Position numbers and translations under genes: made by a program. From Mytilus trossulus (lineage: Eukaryota), in the NCBI RefSeq assembly GCF_036588685.1, contig NC_086378.1, forward strand, positions 66,278,001 to 66,342,000: 64,000 bases of DNA. Reading direction: 5' to 3'. The notes beneath the pieces were generated by a model. That model searched no databases, was not told the origin of the DNA, and was given only the letters and a program-made list of their open reading frames with translations. Each line of letters starts with the position of its first letter. Position 1 is the first letter of the stretch. Of the stretch, positions 61,266-64,000 are shown piece after piece.

Positions 61266-64000
61266 ATTTGTTTAAATTGTCTTCAAATTATGTTTTTATG
61301 GCCAATATTTTGATTTCAGAAGACATTTAAAAATAGATTCATGTGCATTTAGTTTAATATAATTCTCTTACTCGAACATGTTTTTGTATAGAATATTAGA
61401 AACACAATGCAAAAAGTAAGAATTGTGCGGAAAAGAATGTATTGATTGAACATTGTATATTTTCATTTTTTTCGAGGATACTTTTGCATGTTTGCTAGGA
61501 TCAGAACGTTAAAAAAGGTAATTATAGAAAAGAGTCAGTAAGTATAAAGAAGATGAATATTTGTTTTACTAAAACTAAAAAGCTTCTTAATTATCAATTT
61601 TATCCTTTTAGATTAGTTACCATTTTCCAAAACTGTCGGTACCAAAAACTTAATACTTATATTCAGTGATATAGCATGACATTATTAAAAGTTAACCTGA
61701 TTTTTTGTTACAATTTCTATGGTTGTGAAAATATTTTTCTGCTAGAAATTCGAGAAGATGGTATCAATCAAAACGTGTTTTAAAAGGTATTTAATGCAAT
61801 GTTTTACCAATTTTCTTTGATCTATTTTTTTTTTACCTGTTTCCTACTAAACAGATGAGATTTTCACTTTCTTATTGCAAAACACAAATGGACCATACTT
61901 AGATTGATTGTTGATAAAATACAAGTATATATTAACTGATTGAGAAAAGGTGCCGTGAAACATTTGACACACTGCATAAATAAAATAATTTGAAGAGAGA
62001 TATATTTACTATGAAGCGTGAAAGAAGATCAAGTTTTACATATTTTGTTAAAATTCTCAAGGTATATAGAACCGAAAGATATTTGTACAGGGTTTGCAAG
62101 GTACATATGAATGCCTACTCGTATCAAATATTTTTAGAAAAATCGAACTGTTAATGAAAAGTGTCCACCATGCACTTACATTGTACTATTATTAGAATTA
62201 TAGTAGACTAGAATGATATTCAAATTGATGGAAAACATATATACATGTAACTGTTATTTTAATATAATATATAATAACAAATCAGTGTATACTTATATAC
62301 TTCAATATAATAGTTATTACGGTGAAGTTGAATTTCCTGACATTTATTCATCATCCCCGCACAAACTTGTCTCAGAAAAAATATATCTCTATACATTAAC
62401 CTCAGTTTCACTTAAAGAGATATGTGATTTTTTTTTTAGACAAGTGCTCTTGACCATCCAGTAGAATTTGTGGTCATCCGATTTAAAGCACGTCAGATCT
62501 TTGATTAATAACTCGTTATTACTATTTACATTCCAGTGCACGTTTTTTCGTATTCTTTTGACACAGCGTTTCCACTCGGACTTGCGGTTTGCGTTGATCG
62601 AATTTCTAACGAGTAACTAATGATAGTATCGGCGAATGACGAAAGATTTGGACAGTGTAAACTCTGTTTTCTACAAACAAATTTGCGTACATATGATTCA
62701 TAGTAAAACGCCACCACTCAAGTTAATAAAACATATTCACCTTTCTCCTTGATGTTTTAAATAATTTAGATTCCAGTTAATAATGGATTATTGAAGGATC
62801 AATATAATCACGTCAGAGAATTTGGTTAAGGCGTTATTAATTAATCAACAACGCTTTTTCATATTGTTATAAAATCTAGAAAAAGAACACCATTATATGT
62901 CATATCGATTTTATAGCCATGCTATAATTGTATTTTCTATTAAAAATGTAGGTAGCAATTACACTAGGAGTGTAATTAATATGCTGTACTCTTTATCTAT
63001 AATTATTATATTCTTGATTGAGTCGCCAGAAGTAGACTCCGTAATCAAATGACCAAGACAATGAATAGTTGTCTTCAGTTTATTTACTGTGCTTTTTGTA
63101 ATCAACCTAACACAGAACAAAAATAACATAAAAGGAAGAAAGATACAACCCAGGAAATAAAGAAAAATAAATGAAATTGTGGTAAGATTTTGAAAGCTTT
63201 ATACTTTTACTACTTATAATTTTTTTCTTTCTATAGTTCAGTACCTAACGGTAAAAAAGAATTAACACTTATGACAAAAGGAATCGTTCTCTATTGTGAA
63301 TTTTACTACATTTAGACTGGTGTGTTTCTTTGGTCCCTTCTCATAGAGTGTATATATTTAGTAATCATAAATAACTTTCCTATATTTGCTCAAAGATACA
63401 AAGATTTGCTGTGGAATTCTTATAAAAATATCCTAATTTGACGGTAATTGTGTTTATTAAGCATGGCGCATGGTATGATAATTGAACTACCATCTATGTA
63501 AACAGTATTGATAATTTGACTAAGCTTATTTCTTCAAGGATAACCAGTTTTATTTGCTAATTGAAAATTAAGCGGAATAAAATAATTTAAGACTGCAGAG
63601 AAGATAATTCTGTTTAATTGGTTATTACTAACCGACTTAAATAAAAGAGTGAGCTATTATTACTGTAAATGTATAATGTCTCTAGTCTGGTCAAAGAGTC
63701 AGAGTGTCCTACTTAATTAAACGATAAATTGTTGAAATTAGATAACTTGTTTTCACGTGCAGAGAAATTTCTTTTATGTCCAATGCATGACCGGATATCA
63801 TCTTTCTTATTGGTCAATGGCATTGCGGGTCAGCACGAGTTCACGTGTAAGTGCATTGTGGTCACTTCCTTTTATCATCAGTATTTGATGTGTTAACTTG
63901 TGATTCTTATCAAACAATTTGTTCAAAATTCACACCCACATACCGCCCTTTATTTTATCTTTTGAAGTAGATATGTATATATGTTTATTTATGGGGCAGG

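Larger units (their letters stand above)
57293..63965 (+). repeat. Near-identical 3.33-kb tandem duplication (57293-60624 and 60633-63965)
   Basis: Only about 4 differences seen by eye (57960/61300, 58006/61346, a poly-T indel, 60101/63442). 8-nt junction TTTTATCT. Confidence 0.97.

Overview
AT-rich animal genomic DNA. The interspersed repeats look like those of bivalves, probably a Mytilus mussel (from recall, not a search). The ORF track misses the main content: six intact, 5-exon genes for secreted cysteine-rich proteins, forming two paralogous types (A and B) that always occur as an A-then-B pair. Each encodes a signal peptide, an acidic pro-region and a very basic, Tyr/Trp-rich ~100-aa domain whose Cys spacing (ending LPQCCxCx4C) fits a Spaetzle/NGF-type cystine knot. 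Pair 1 (+; A1 9172-11255, B1 16005-18799) and pair 2 (-; B2 22710-25690, A2 30011-32064) are the arms of a >=41-kb imperfect palindrome. It has a ~2.85-kb repeat-containing spacer and oppositely oriented 54/55-bp satellite arrays at its outer ends (1-5186, 36947-41328). Pair 3 (-; B3 44125-46774, A3 50822-53201) is a further copy beyond the second satellite. The paralogues are mosaics, suggesting gene conversion. Also present: three Penelope-type minimal hammerhead ribozyme motifs, several MITE/SINE/LINE remnants, and a near-identical 3.33-kb tandem duplication (57293-63965) carrying a decayed somatomedin-B-domain gene. Gene models were built by hand from GT-AG sites and frame continuity. Family assignments are pattern-based and need HMM or structure confirmation.
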